Below, one piece after another: positions 63,445-64,000 of a DNA stretch of 64,000 nucleotides; within the stretch, counting starts at the first letter, position 1; each line of letters opens with the position of its first letter. The notes beneath the pieces are model-generated. The model was given only the letters and a program-made list of their open reading frames with translations, made no database searches and was not told where the DNA came from. The stretch comes from Okamejei kenojei (taxonomy: Eukaryota). A program made the position numbers and the translations under genes. The stretch lies in NCBI GenBank assembly GCA_035221665.1, contig CM069154.1, forward strand, positions 2,542,001 to 2,606,000, given 5' to 3'.

Positions 63445-64000
63445 TTCAGGGTCAGCTTCCTACTGCCCTGGCTCTCCCGGCTGATGCTCACGGGAGGTCA
63501 CACACAGCCCTAACGAGGTGCTGCTGTAATGGGTCCCCAAACATCAGGGTCAGCATCCTACTGCCCTGGCTCTCCCGGCTGATGCTCACGGGAAGTCACA
63601 CACAGCCCTAACGAGGTGCTGCTGTGCTGGGTCCCCATGTCCTGGCTCTCCCGGCTAATGCTCATGGGACGTCACCACTTCAGGGTCAGATTTATACTGC
63701 CCTGGCTCTCCCGGTTCCTGCTTTACGGGAGGTCATACACACAGCCCTGTGAACAGGTGCTGCTGGCGCGGCTCTCCCATAGGCCAGCGCTGTGACAAGT
63801 TCGGTGTCAGCAACCCATTGACCCAAACCGGTCTGCCCTTTGCAACAGGGAGACTTTGAGCAGCCCTGTCCTAGGCACTGCTGGCACGGCTCTCCCGTAG
63901 GCCGCCGTTTTTACACATGAAGCAGCCCTGTCCCAGGCGCTGCTGGCGCGGCTCTCCCGTAGGCCGGCGCTTTGACACAGAAAGCAGCCCTATCCCAGGC
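63445..64000. repeat. Tandem repeats (about 95-bp and 60-bp units) in the 5' part of DIRS D
   Basis: CTGCCCTGGCTCTCCCGGCTGATGCTCACGGG and CAGCCCTGTCC.AGGC.CTGCTGGC.CGGCTCTCCCGTAGGCC recur. Confidence 0.8.

Larger units (their letters stand above)
58035..64000 (-). mobile_element. DIRS retrotransposon D (degenerate, continues past the window)
   Basis: Right terminus at 58035, ICR at about 58258-58370, YR remnant (HSTRAAS at about 58700), RNase H and RT remnants, gag at about 63000-63400. Confidence 0.85.

Overview
Repeat-rich vertebrate genomic DNA. The CR1 tails, tRNA-SINEs, Penelope and DIRS families suggest a cartilaginous fish, probably a skate or ray (inference). Two tandem minus-strand GH18 chitinase (CHIA-like) genes bracket the window. 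Gene A shows its promoter and coding exons 1-3 (25/30/202 nt, 2145->239) and runs off the left edge. Gene B shows its last three exons (52735->49325, ending in a CBM14 chitin-binding domain). Between them on the plus strand is a tandemly triplicated small gene that I cannot assign to a known family. It has a TATA promoter with a perfect ERSE and a C/EBP-ATF-like site, a probable non-coding first exon, and one coding exon. That exon encodes signal peptide + acidic propeptide + RAPR convertase-type site + one V-type Ig domain, with no transmembrane segment. Copies 1 (4368-4895) and 3 (44699-45238) are intact. Copy 2 (26651-32834) is disrupted by a frameshift, a stop and a DIRS insertion. Leader and non-coding flanks are highly similar between copies, but the Ig domains are only about 47% identical (hand count). 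The rest is TEs: five or six DIRS tyrosine-recombinase retrotransposons (one containing an eEF1A mRNA fragment), a decayed ERV with a tRNA-Ser PBS, many CR1 LINEs, SINEs and DNA-transposon relics. TE boundaries are approximate unless a junction is quoted.
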